Assembly (NCBI GenBank): GCA_029260985.1
Contig: JAJDCE010000036.1
Location: 1-33,343 of the forward strand
From: Patescibacteria group bacterium
Lineage (GTDB): Bacteria > Patescibacteriota > Gracilibacteria > UM-FILTER-43-11
Reading direction: 5' to 3'
Length of the DNA stretch: 33,343 nt
Shown: positions 1 through 8,573 of the stretch, in pieces
How the letters are laid out: each line of letters begins with the position of its first letter
Numbering within the stretch: position 1 is the first letter of the stretch
Notes under the pieces: model-generated
What the model saw: only the letters and a program-made list of their open reading frames with translations
What the model was told of the DNA's origin: nothing
The model's database searches: none
Translations under genes and position numbers: made by a program

Positions 1-342
1 CTGACCACCACCGATCACATGAATTGATTCAATGGAATCATCAGCACTGTGGATGGCTTCATCCAAATCATGAAAAACCTCTGCACCCTCTGCCTCATAT
101 TCAGTATTTCGGGTCAACACCACATTCTTGCGACCTTTTAACGGTCGATGAGGTGGGGGAACGGATTCCCAAGTGGTTCGCCCCATAATCACCATATTCT
201 GCTTTTCAGGGTCCTGAGTTTTTGTGGTCACATCCTGAAAGTATTTGAGTTCATTGGGAATATGCCAGGGGAGTTTCCCGTCTTTGCCGATTCCATTATT
301 TTCGTCAGCCGCCACAATGGCGTAAATGTTGTGACTCATCAT
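1..342 (-). CDS. folA: Dihydrofolate reductase (3' end runs off the window)
   Basis: Missing from the ORF track. Manual translation from ATG at 342 (or 339): MMSHNIYAIVAADENNGIGKDGKLPWHIPNELKYFQ...VIMGRTTWES...RPLKGRKNVVLTR...VIGGGQ, which are DHFR motifs. Lies directly downstream of thyA. Confidence 0.96.
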   Translation of the reverse strand, partial: MMSHNIYAIVAADENNGIGKDGKLPWHIPNELKYFQDVTTKTQDPEKQNMVIMGRTTWESVPPPHRPLKGRKNVVLTRNTEYEAEGAEVFHDLDEAIHSADDSIESIHVIGGGQ

Positions 343-482
343 TCAGGTGGTTAATCAGGTTGTTATTCAAGTGGTTTTTCATGTGGTCAATTTCACCATA
401 TAGCATGACAGACTACATGATAAACGGCCGAAGACCTGATAGACAACCTGAAAGACGGCCGAAGGCCTGAAAAACAACATGT
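343..482. repeat. Bipartite inverted 12-bp tandem repeat element
   Basis: Left arm has four TCAGGTGGTTWW-like units (343-390). Right arm has reverse-complement-like units such as TAGACAACCTGA (440-451), two of them carrying a GGCCGAAG insert. Confidence 0.8.
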
Positions 483-484
483 AA

Positions 485-1378
485 TTAAACAGCAATCGGA
501 AATCTAATAGGTTCATCACTTTCATACCCAACCAATTCAAAATCCTCAAACTCCAGATCCCAAATCGACTTTTTAGCGATCTTAAGGCGAGGGAGCTTTT
601 TAGGAGTTCGTGTCAGTTGCTCCTTAAGCCCCTCAAAGTGGTTGGAGTAAATATGAGCATCTCCAAACGTATGGATGAAATAGCGAGGCGTCAAATCACA
701 CTCCTGTGCAATCATCATCAAAAGCATCGAATAGCTGGCGATATTAAAAGGCACCCCAAGAGCAATATCCGCGCTTCGCTGATAAAGCTGCATATCAATC
801 ATTCCATTATTCACGTAAAACTGAAAGAGAGTATGGCAAAGCGGAGGGGCAGATGTTTTCCCTTTTATTAACTCTTGAATATCGGCCACATTCCAACCAC
901 TCACAATATGCCGCCTGGAGTCAGGCTTTGCTTTAATCTGATCGAGTACATTTTGAATCTGGTTGATCGGAGCGCCGCTTGGCCCTTCCCAACGAATCCA
1001 CTGCTTTCCATAGACCGGTCCCAACTCTCCCCACATTTTGGCGAATCCATCATCAGTTTTAATCTTCTCCACAAATTCCTCAAGCGTTTCACTTTGATAC
1101 GCTTCACTGGCTTTATAGGTTTCATAGGGCCACTCATTCCAGATCCTAACATTTCGATCCACCAGGTATTTTATATTGGTATCACCCTTTAAAAACCAAA
1201 GGAGTTCATGCAAGATTCCGCGGAAGTAAACTTTTTTAGTGGTCGCCAGAGGAAAACCTTCCCGAAGGTCATACCGGTTTTGATACCCAAACACCGAAAG
1301 CGTTCCGGTCCCAGTCCGATCTTCCTTTTTCTCTCCATTTTCCAGCACATGTTTAACGAGCTCAAGATATTGTTTCAT
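485..1378 (-). CDS. thyA: Thymidylate synthase ThyA
   Basis: Motifs [36 protein letters not shown] (catalytic Cys), [18 protein letters not shown] and GDAHIY. Confidence 0.98.
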   Translation of the reverse strand: MKQYLELVKHVLENGEKKEDRTGTGTLSVFGYQNRYDLREGFPLATTKKVYFRGILHELLWFLKGDTNIKYLVDRNVRIWNEWPYETYKASEAYQSETLEEFVEKIKTDDGFAKMWGELGPVYGKQWIRWEGPSGAPINQIQNVLDQIKAKPDSRRHIVSGWNVADIQELIKGKTSAPPLCHTLFQFYVNNGMIDMQLYQRSADIALGVPFNIASYSMLLMMIAQECDLTPRYFIHTFGDAHIYSNHFEGLKEQLTRTPKKLPRLKIAKKSIWDLEFEDFELVGYESDEPIRFPIAV

Positions 1379-1446
1379 GAGTTCAATATATCGGAACTAG
1401 GTCGAAGTGCAAGTGACAACTTGGCTTAATTAATTTAAACTTGCAC

Positions 1447-1488
1447 TTAGTTCTTAGTCCCTAGTTCTTAGTCCCTAGTTCTTAGTTC
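1447..1488 (+). repeat. Heptamer tandem repeat (YTAGTYC x6)
   Basis: ttagttc ttagtcc ctagttc ttagtcc ctagttc ttagttc, immediately upstream of nnrE. Confidence 0.9.
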
Positions 1489-1495
1489 AAAATAA

Positions 1496-2191
1496 ATGGA
1501 ATATCTCAGTACATCCGATATGCAAACATTAGAAAGATATGCATTCGAAAACTATCCCATCACGTTAGAGCAAATGATGCAGAACGCCGGGAAAGCGATT
1601 TTTGATGTGGTGATGAATGAGGTTTTGCCGAATATCCAACCAACTGTAAGTGGGGATCCCCATCCCCACATATTAGTTATAAGCGGAAAAGGTAATAATG
1701 GAGGTGATGCCCTTGTGACCGCGCGCTTATTGAAAGAGAAGGGGATTGAAGTAGTTGTTCTTGAGCCCTATTCTGATGTTGGACAAAGTGTCGGGAATTT
1801 CGACAACAACTTTTCACTCATCATTGATGCTCTTTTCGGCTTTTCCTTAAAAGGAGATCCAAAACCGCCCACCGACAAGCTTATTGAACAAATTAATTGT
1901 TCATTCTTCGACTGCGCTCAGAATGACAATAGTAAGCCAGAAAAGCATATTCCCGTTTTATCGGTCGACGTTCCATCGGGACTAGATGTGCATGATGGCT
2001 CAATTGGTAATCCAACCGTCAAAGCTGATTACACCTTGGCTCTCGGCATGCTAAAAAAAGGATTTGAGGAACATCCTGATCTTGTCGGTAAAACATTTTT
2101 AGGTGATCTCGGAATTCCTGAGGACGCTTACAGAGAGCAGGGATATGAGCCACCTATATTTAGGGGTAAATCCTACCTTTTCGTCAATTGA
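1496..2191 (+). CDS. nnrE: NAD(P)H-hydrate epimerase (stand-alone YjeF N-terminal domain)
   Basis: Motifs MMQNAGKA, GKGNNGGDALV, IIDALFGFS, SVDVPSG and DLGIP. Confidence 0.92.
   Translation: MEYLSTSDMQTLERYAFENYPITLEQMMQNAGKAIFDVVMNEVLPNIQPTVSGDPHPHILVISGKGNNGGDALVTARLLKEKGIEVVVLEPYSDVGQSVGNFDNNFSLIIDALFGFSLKGDPKPPTDKLIEQINCSFFDCAQNDNSKPEKHIPVLSVDVPSGLDVHDGSIGNPTVKADYTLALGMLKKGFEEHPDLVGKTFLGDLGIPEDAYREQGYEPPIFRGKSYLFVN
1896..1930. repeat. REP-like hairpin inside nnrE
   Basis: attgttcattct-tcgactgcgctc-agaatgacaat. The core TTCGACTSCGCTCA recurs inverted near 23081-23094. Confidence 0.65.
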
Positions 2192-2243
2192 AAAATCAGA
2201 GAGGGATGGTTATAATTCATGGGCAATATATTATGGTTATATC

Positions 2244-2271
2244 GTAGAGACACAAAATTTTGTGTCTCTAC
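2244..2271. repeat. Perfect 28-bp palindrome, GTAG-type REP-like
   Basis: gtagagacacaaaa|ttttgtgtctctac is its own reverse complement and starts with GTAG. Confidence 0.85.
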
Positions 2272-2305
2272 CGAAAAACCATATTTACAAATTAATTTAT
2301 TGCCC

Positions 2306-3463
2306 ATGAAAACCCTCCAAGACGCATCGGATTTAACCGGTAAAAAGGTAATCGTCAGGGTCGATTTTAATGTTCCTCTGGATGAGGAGGGAAATGTTCG
2401 TAACGATAAGCGTATTCGCCATGCTTTACCAACCATCAAACATCTATTGGAAGCGGGTGCCGCTCAGGTTATTTTAATGTCACACGTTGGGCGACCAAAG
2501 AATAATGAAGAGAGCTTAAAAACAGGAAAGATCGCCGCTAAGCTTGCTGAACACCTTGGGCAGGAAGTTGAAAAAGTGGATGATTGGGGTGAAGCAGGTC
2601 TGCCTGAGGCAAAGGTAGTGATGCTCGAAAACCTGCGTTTCCATCCCGGTGAAAAAAGTAAAAATGAGGCAGAGGTTGAAGTTTTCAGTAAGCAATTGGC
2701 CTCACTTGCAGATGTTTATGTGAACGAAGCTTTTTCGAATTCTCATCGAAAGCATGCCAGCATGATGCTGCCAAAATTGATGGAGGGATTTGTCGGGTTC
2801 GGAGTTGAAAAAGAAGTTTCTGCCATTAAAGGCGCACTCGAAAATCCAGAACATCCAGTGGTCGCAGTCATTGGTGGTTTAAAGGCTGATAAGCTAACCG
2901 CCATTAATAATTTACTTGGTATCGCGGATGAAATTTTGGTCGCAGGAGCTTTAGCATTTACCTTGCTAAAAGCAAAAGGAAAGAACATGGGGGCGAGTAA
3001 AATTGACGACGAAGGTCTTGGTGAAATGGGGGATTTGCTCGAAAAGGTGAACGCTAGCGATAAAGTACATCTGCCTGTTGATTGCGTGGTTGCCGATAAT
3101 TTTGCGGAAGATGCCAATGCTAAAAATGTGTCTGTCGATTCCGTCGAAGACGGTTGGATGGCGCTCGACATTGGCCCTGAAACTGTAGGTCAGTACGTTG
3201 CCAAATTGAAAGAAGCAAAAACTATTCTCTGGTTCGGCCCCATCGGCGTATTCGAAATGGAACCCTTCAGTCATGGCACTAAAATGATCGGCCGTACGAT
3301 CGCCGAATCCGATGCTGTATCAATTGTCGGAGGAGGGGACAGCGCGTCAGCCGTTGAAAAGATGGGACTCGCTGACCAAATCACACTCGTTTCAACAGGA
3401 GGTGGAGCATCGCTTAAGATGATTGAAGGAAAAGAATTACCAGCTATTAAATTACTAACCTAA
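2306..3463 (+). CDS. pgk: Phosphoglycerate kinase
   Basis: Motifs VRVDFNVP, MSHVGRP, LENLRFH, ALDIGPET, GGGDS and STGGGASL. Start moved to ATG 2306 because the upstream extension runs through the palindrome. Confidence 0.98.
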   Translation: MKTLQDASDLTGKKVIVRVDFNVPLDEEGNVRNDKRIRHALPTIKHLLEAGAAQVILMSHVGRPKNNEESLKTGKIAAKLAEHLGQEVEKVDDWGEAGLPEAKVVMLENLRFHPGEKSKNEAEVEVFSKQLASLADVYVNEAFSNSHRKHASMMLPKLMEGFVGFGVEKEVSAIKGALENPEHPVVAVIGGLKADKLTAINNLLGIADEILVAGALAFTLLKAKGKNMGASKIDDEGLGEMGDLLEKVNASDKVHLPVDCVVADNFAEDANAKNVSVDSVEDGWMALDIGPETVGQYVAKLKEAKTILWFGPIGVFEMEPFSHGTKMIGRTIAESDAVSIVGGGDSASAVEKMGLADQITLVSTGGGASLKMIEGKELPAIKLLT

Positions 3464-3552
3464 ACTATAGATAGAACGATAGATGAAACAATAGATAAAC
3501 GATAAAGGTGTAGTTAAGCTTCAATCGTTTCCTCAATCGTTTCCTCAATCGT
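3461..3552. repeat. Bipartite inverted 12-bp tandem repeat element
   Basis: Left arm has four GAAACNATAGAT-like units (3461-3508). Right arm has TCAATCGTTTCC x2.7 (3521-3552), approximately the reverse complement. Confidence 0.85.
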
Positions 3553-3554
3553 AA

Positions 3555-5270
3555 ATGGGAAAAATAAGTAGACAAATCATCTATATCGAAATCGACGAGG
3601 AAGTCACTGCGATTTCTGATCGTATCAAACGGTTTCGCCGAAAGGAAATTCTTTTGGTGGTTCCAAGGAAAGCCATCCTTTTCCAAAGTGTGGTAAATCT
3701 AAAAATCCTCAAAAACAAGTTAAAGGAAAAGGGGAAACGGCTGATCATCGTGACCTCGGATCGGAACGGTAAGCACATGGCTGAAAAGGCTGGGATAAAA
3801 GTCTTAAAACGGGTTGAGGTAGAAAAAACTGAGGCTCAGGGGGAAGATACGCCTCAAATGAAAATTCAGCCCATTCAGGCCAGGCGGAACTTAACGCCAA
3901 AAGAAGAAAGGCCCCAACGATTCACGGAAAAAAAGATCAGCATTCGGGAGCTGCTATCCGAGTTTAGAATGCAGAATAAGAAGAAAAAGAAAGGATCTAA
4001 AGACTCGATGGACGACTTCAATTTCAATAAGCCAAAACGAAAATTCATCGCCCTTATCATTATTGTCAGCATCGGCCTTTTTGGCCTGATCACCTATATC
4101 GCTTTACCTAGCGCTACCATTTATATTCGGCCAAAATTCGATAATCTCGATTTCTCTGTAAACGTCACCTTGGCAGATAAGCGAAAAAACCAGACGTTGA
4201 TCAGGCAAAACAAGCCACACATTATTTCCAGCGAGGTGGTATCCACTAGCACCAAACAAACCAAGATTTACAAAACCGCCAGCAAGGAATTCAACGGAAC
4301 AAATGCGCAGGGGAAGATTCTGATCACCAATACTTTTAATGAGGAATGGGAACTTCGTGAAGGAACTCGTTTTCAAACCAAAGACGGTTTGGTGTTCCGC
4401 ATTAAAAAGGGGGTAATCGTCCCTCCAAAAAGCCGGGATGAAGCCGGCGAATTTAAGCCTGGAAACCTTGTGGCGATTGTGGAGGCCGACCCGTTTGATA
4501 TTTATGGCCAGCCCGTTGGAGCTGAGGGAAATTTGTCCCCAACTCGTTTTACAATCCCAGGTCTTTCCAAATACAATCAACGACTGATATGGGGAGAGTC
4601 TCATGAGCCTTTCGTTGGGGGAGTCACGAGCTATCGGGAAATTGTTGAAGAAGATGATATTGAGTCCGCTAAAAAGCAGATTCAGGACAATCTGATCCTG
4701 TTGGCAAAAGAGGACTTGAGAACCTACATCGATGAGGTGAATAAAATAAACAAAACCAATTTAACCCTCCTTGATGACAGCCGTTACTTGAAGACAGAGC
4801 TTGAGGATTTGCGGTTTTCAGATGATCTGGAAGGCAGCTACAAAGAAAAGTTTGAATTATTCGCCAGAATCAGCGCTGAAGGAGTAGCCTTTGATTTCGA
4901 TCAGCTCTTCGCCATTCTCAAAAAAGAATTGGGCACTCGAACTCATCCCAATATGCAGCTTCGTGACGACTCGATTGCGCCCGAAAACATCTCATACGAA
5001 GTGATTGATGAGGATGACATTCTTGGGCAGATTAAAATCACAGCGACTGTTATCGGGATCGAGGAGTTTGTGATAGAGCCGTCTACGGAAGCCGGCGCTC
5101 GGTTTGGCGCTAAAGTTAAGGAAAAGGTAGTGGGGTTGAGCCTTGAAGAGGCCGAAAGTCTGATCGGAAACCTTCCGGAGGTAGATGCGGTAGAGATAAA
5201 AAGCTGGCCCATCTGGATCAGTAAGATTCCTAGAATACCAGAAAGCATCGATATAAAATTGATGGACTAA
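3555..5270 (+). CDS. Single-pass membrane protein with baseplate J/gp47-like extracellular region
   Basis: 571 aa: N-terminal alpha/beta domain (IYIEIDEEVT..ILLVVP), one TM (FIALIIIVSIGLFGLITYIAL), then A-x-G-K-I-x-I-x-N, GTRFQT and GAEGNL patterns recalled from baseplate-J-like CPR proteins. Confidence 0.6.
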   Translation: MGKISRQIIYIEIDEEVTAISDRIKRFRRKEILLVVPRKAILFQSVVNLKILKNKLKEKGKRLIIVTSDRNGKHMAEKAGIKVLKRVEVEKTEAQGEDTPQMKIQPIQARRNLTPKEERPQRFTEKKISIRELLSEFRMQNKKKKKGSKDSMDDFNFNKPKRKFIALIIIVSIGLFGLITYIALPSATIYIRPKFDNLDFSVNVTLADKRKNQTLIRQNKPHIISSEVVSTSTKQTKIYKTASKEFNGTNAQGKILITNTFNEEWELREGTRFQTKDGLVFRIKKGVIVPPKSRDEAGEFKPGNLVAIVEADPFDIYGQPVGAEGNLSPTRFTIPGLSKYNQRLIWGESHEPFVGGVTSYREIVEEDDIESAKKQIQDNLILLAKEDLRTYIDEVNKINKTNLTLLDDSRYLKTELEDLRFSDDLEGSYKEKFELFARISAEGVAFDFDQLFAILKKELGTRTHPNMQLRDDSIAPENISYEVIDEDDILGQIKITATVIGIEEFVIEPSTEAGARFGAKVKEKVVGLSLEEAESLIGNLPEVDAVEIKSWPIWISKIPRIPESIDIKLMD

Positions 5271-5291
5271 CATTTGCAGGCTAGAATGATT

Positions 5292-5702
5292 TTAACTGCT
5301 TAGTATCTGATCGATTTCTTTACGTCGGCTGGTGAATTTTTCCAATGCATTCTTTGAAACCCTGTCCAGTCCTGCATTAACATTTTGACTCGGAAGAAAA
5401 CTTGTTTCCTGACCTTGAGCATCAATCAGATATCCCCCCCTAGTACGCTCACCGTTATACTTTTCCAAAAACCATGCTTCGTCTGTAGCCAGTAAAAAAA
5501 TTAGACACTCTTCTTGAAAAATTCGCATAAAATCCTCACTTACTCTACATAGCTTATCAGCCTGATCCATAATTTTATCCCGATCAGCCATAGAGTCATC
5601 ATTCTGAGCATGATCTAAGTGCGCGTAAGGATTATCATCCTTAATGATTGGCGCAGGCACGACATATTTTGTGCCTTCAATTGTCCTAGGTGAATTATTC
5701 AT
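5292..5702 (-). CDS. Hypothetical protein
   Basis: 136-aa ORF filling the gap downstream of the AEC transporter, with no recognisable motif. Confidence 0.6.
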   Translation of the reverse strand: MNNSPRTIEGTKYVVPAPIIKDDNPYAHLDHAQNDDSMADRDKIMDQADKLCRVSEDFMRIFQEECLIFLLATDEAWFLEKYNGERTRGGYLIDAQGQETSFLPSQNVNAGLDRVSKNALEKFTSRRKEIDQILSS

Positions 5703-5714
5703 GATTATTATAAG

Positions 5715-6641
5715 TTAGTTGAGTATCGAAACCCAAAAAGGAATCGTTATTGCCGCTAAAATCGTACTGAGCACAATCGAGCGGGCGATGAAGCCCTTAT
5801 TCAGCTTATAAGCCTCAGCGAGTGCAAAGGGAGTGATGGCTAGTGGCATGGCCGCATCGATGATGGAGATTGAAAATTGACTGGGCAGAAAGCCAAAAAG
5901 CCTTACGCCAAAGTAAAATAAGGCGGGCAATAGCAGAAGCGTCACAAAAGAAAAGGCAATGGCGGGCTGCCACTTTTTAAAGGAACCGATTTTAGATCGT
6001 CCGATAAAAAATCCGATCACCAGAAGAACCACAGGGGTCACAGACGCTGCCACCATGCTGATAGACTTAGCTATGACAGAGGGGATGGGGAGATTTAAAA
6101 TTGTCACCAATAGCCCGAGAGCAACAGCAATGAGAAGAGGATTTTTGACTAAATGCAGGAGTACTGTTTTAAATAAATCCCTTTTTGACTTTTGCTGAGA
6201 CATTTCTAAGTAACCAACTCCCACTGTGAAAAGCCAGAATAGATAGACCGCTATTATTAAGCTTAAGGCAGGCAAAACGGCATCGCCAAAGACCTGAGCC
6301 AATGTGGGAATACCGAGATAAGCGACATTACCAAACCCAAGGCAGATAAAAAGAGTTCGAAGGTTCTTCTGTCCAATTCTGAAAACCTTGCCAAAAAAGT
6401 AGGCAATAAGAAAGCTCGCTACAAGAAAGAGGGAGTTTGAAGAAATTAGGCTGACTTGTTCTGAAAAAACAAAACTAGCCTTAGTAAGAGCTGAAAAAAT
6501 CAGTGCAGGAAAACCAATTTTAAGCGCATAATTATTGAGAACAGGTGACCAATGCTCATTAGTGAGCTTCAAGCGCTCCAAAACGGCCCCCAAAAGGATA
6601 ATCAGAAACAACGGCGCGATAACAATGAGTATCTCAATCAT
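5715..6641 (-). CDS. AEC (auxin efflux carrier) family transporter
   Basis: About 10 TM segments with motifs IGFPALIF, FGNVAYLGIP, KNPLLIA and AAMPLA. Confidence 0.9.
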   Translation of the reverse strand: MIEILIVIAPLFLIILLGAVLERLKLTNEHWSPVLNNYALKIGFPALIFSALTKASFVFSEQVSLISSNSLFLVASFLIAYFFGKVFRIGQKNLRTLFICLGFGNVAYLGIPTLAQVFGDAVLPALSLIIAVYLFWLFTVGVGYLEMSQQKSKRDLFKTVLLHLVKNPLLIAVALGLLVTILNLPIPSVIAKSISMVAASVTPVVLLVIGFFIGRSKIGSFKKWQPAIAFSFVTLLLLPALFYFGVRLFGFLPSQFSISIIDAAMPLAITPFALAEAYKLNKGFIARSIVLSTILAAITIPFWVSILN

Positions 6642-6652
6642 AGAAATGGCGG

Positions 6653-6699
6653 AATAGAAAAATAGCGCATTAGAACATTAGAAGAATAGAACAATGGCA
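6653..6699 (+). repeat. Degenerate octamer tandem repeat (AWTAGAAC-like)
   Basis: aatagaaa aatagcgc attagaac attagaag aatagaac. The same family occurs at 7419-7498, 29091-29118 and about 30130-30146. Confidence 0.7.
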
Positions 6700-7416
6700 T
6701 TAAAGCTCTTCAATATCTATCTTGCCCATATCCTCAATCTTTTCGTTATGAGCCGTGTCCGGATTGTAGATGCGGTAAAAGAGCTCGACGAGCTGTGGAG
6801 TGGTCAGTTGAGCCGCTCTCAAATTGCAGGACTCTAGCCCGGTTTTAACTGAATTTACCCGTTCCATCAAATGCTTTTTTACCTCCTCAAACTCGTGATG
6901 GCGCCGTTTGATACTATCAATACTGTCGCCAGACGAAATACTTTGCATGAATTTAGAGAAGATATTCGGCTTTTGAGCCCGATAAGGGTCAAACGGAACG
7001 ATAACGTAAAAATTCTTCTCCATAATATCCGCGTATTCAATCAGTTTTTCAACATAATCCGCGTATTCAAGCGTTTGCTGCTTAAGAAGAGGATTTTCAT
7101 GCTGGCTTGCTTTTTCCTTCACACTATCAACGTACTTATCGATATCAAGTTTGCGGGATTGAACATGAATCTGAATCGGGAACTCAAGTGAATTAAGGAA
7201 GTTTTGATAGGAATAAATGATACTGTTCTGCTCATCCTCAGACTTGAGATTAAAATTAACGCTCGACGTCTGAAGAATTGCTCTCATTCCTCCATTTTTC
7301 AGAATCACCACATCATCCTTAATTTCAGCGATATTCAGATGAAGTTGAGTACTGGCAGCAGGAGAGCCTTTCTTCTGCTTTACAGTATCCTTTGCTTTAG
7401 GTTGTGCGTCAGCCAT
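6700..7416 (-). CDS. TraC/VirB4-N-terminal-like protein (no ATPase domain)
   Basis: Motifs IAEIKDDVVILKNG, SVNFNLKSEDEQ, FLNSLEFPIQI and KNFYVIVP. Lies downstream of a PrgI-like gene, an arrangement I recall from CPR genomes. Confidence 0.65.
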   Translation of the reverse strand: MADAQPKAKDTVKQKKGSPAASTQLHLNIAEIKDDVVILKNGGMRAILQTSSVNFNLKSEDEQNSIIYSYQNFLNSLEFPIQIHVQSRKLDIDKYVDSVKEKASQHENPLLKQQTLEYADYVEKLIEYADIMEKNFYVIVPFDPYRAQKPNIFSKFMQSISSGDSIDSIKRRHHEFEEVKKHLMERVNSVKTGLESCNLRAAQLTTPQLVELFYRIYNPDTAHNEKIEDMGKIDIEEL

Positions 7417-7418
7417 TT

Positions 7419-7498
7419 TGATTGAGTTATTGTTTTATTTTTCTATTTTGCTATTGATCTATTTAAATAGAAAATTAGAGCATTAGCCAAATAGAACA
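7419..7498. repeat. Bipartite inverted octamer repeat element
   Basis: CTATTTTG-like units on the left and AAATAGAA-like units on the right, meeting at the palindrome ctatttaaatag (7459-7470). Confidence 0.7.
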
Positions 7499-8431
7499 CT
7501 AGTCCAAATTGAGGTCGATTTCTCCCTTCTCCAGCTCCCGGAATTCCATTGCGTCTGAGTCAGGATGGCTCGTTGCCTTTTTCTGAGTTGATGGACTCGC
7601 CGGTGGGATGGAAGAGGATTGAGCCTTAGGTGTAATTGTATTCACAGCTGAGCTAGGCCGAGCCGGAGCAGCGGGTTTGCGCCGTGGACGTCGTTTTTTG
7701 GTGGCTGTCGGAGCTGCTGCAGTGGTTGGTGAAGACTCCATAGACTCCTCCACCTCCTTCTTAACTTTAGCGATCTCTTGTCGAGCGGCCATAGCTTCCA
7801 CAGACCCTTTCTTGATTTTTGTCACAGGCATTTTAGCGAAAACATCGAGCATTTTCATATGACTCTCTTTGGTACGCCAGTACATATTTTGAGTATCACT
7901 GTCCTTTTGCTTATGGCCAAAGTACGCTTCGGACACCAAATCATCATCATGAGTCGTATCGATATCCTCATGCTCTTTCTTATGCACATGCTCAAAGCCC
8001 CCGCTGTCGAGTGTTTGAGTTAATTCACGCAGGTTAGCGGCTCGTTTAGCTTTCCGTTCATAATCTGCTTCAGCATCATCAGCTTCGGCGCCAGTCACGG
8101 TCTGACTTCCAAGATCAGGGGCTACTAACGCAGCAATTCCTCGATGATCCCATATACGTTTCTTGGGTTTAATCGAAAATTCCAGAAATAAATACATGAA
8201 CTTGATCAAAGGGATGTTATTGATTTTGATTAAGGCAAAGGCAATCGAAAATAAAAGAGGAATAGCGATCACAAAGTATTCGATAAAATTCAAATCATAA
8301 ATCTTGGTCAGGATCGCAAAAAGCACATAGCTGATCCCCCCGCCAACGGCCAGGATAATCAGCTGTTTTAGAGTCAGTGGACCGACAATTTTGTCTTCAA
8401 TGCCTACGTTTTGAGGAATTTTAAATTGCAA
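7499..8431 (-). CDS. PrgI family protein with long low-complexity C-terminal tail
   Basis: MQFKIPQNVGIEDKIVGPLTLKQL plus two TMs plus PKKRIW, the PrgI/TcpE-like pattern. TTG start. Confidence 0.8.
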   Translation of the reverse strand: MQFKIPQNVGIEDKIVGPLTLKQLIILAVGGGISYVLFAILTKIYDLNFIEYFVIAIPLLFSIAFALIKINNIPLIKFMYLFLEFSIKPKKRIWDHRGIAALVAPDLGSQTVTGAEADDAEADYERKAKRAANLRELTQTLDSGGFEHVHKKEHEDIDTTHDDDLVSEAYFGHKQKDSDTQNMYWRTKESHMKMLDVFAKMPVTKIKKGSVEAMAARQEIAKVKKEVEESMESSPTTAAAPTATKKRRPRRKPAAPARPSSAVNTITPKAQSSSIPPASPSTQKKATSHPDSDAMEFRELEKGEIDLNLD

Positions 8432-8523
8432 GAGATATGATTTAATCTAATTATTATACCATAAAAACACCTCAAAATAAAGGGTTATTCAGAGAGGAAA
8501 TGAAAGTTTCGGGAAATGGGGAA

Positions 8524-8573
8524 AAGGCGGTGTATTCACGGTGGGATCTCGTAAGAGATTGTGAAACCGCCTT
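8524..8573 (-). terminator. Long interrupted stem-loop after the PnuC-like gene
   Basis: Nested stems aaggcggt/accgcctt, ttcac/gtgaa and atctc/gagat, with a short U-run on the minus strand. Confidence 0.55.

Noticed and set aside
2219-2305. N-terminal extensions of pgk (also purQ 20394-20492, SBP 18938-18976, secG 19244-19297)
   Set aside because: They run through repeats or promoter DNA, and downstream ATGs match family starts.
3555-8431. Prophage or ICE
   Set aside because: There is no integrase, terminase, capsid, relaxase or att site, and the genes are interspersed with housekeeping loci.
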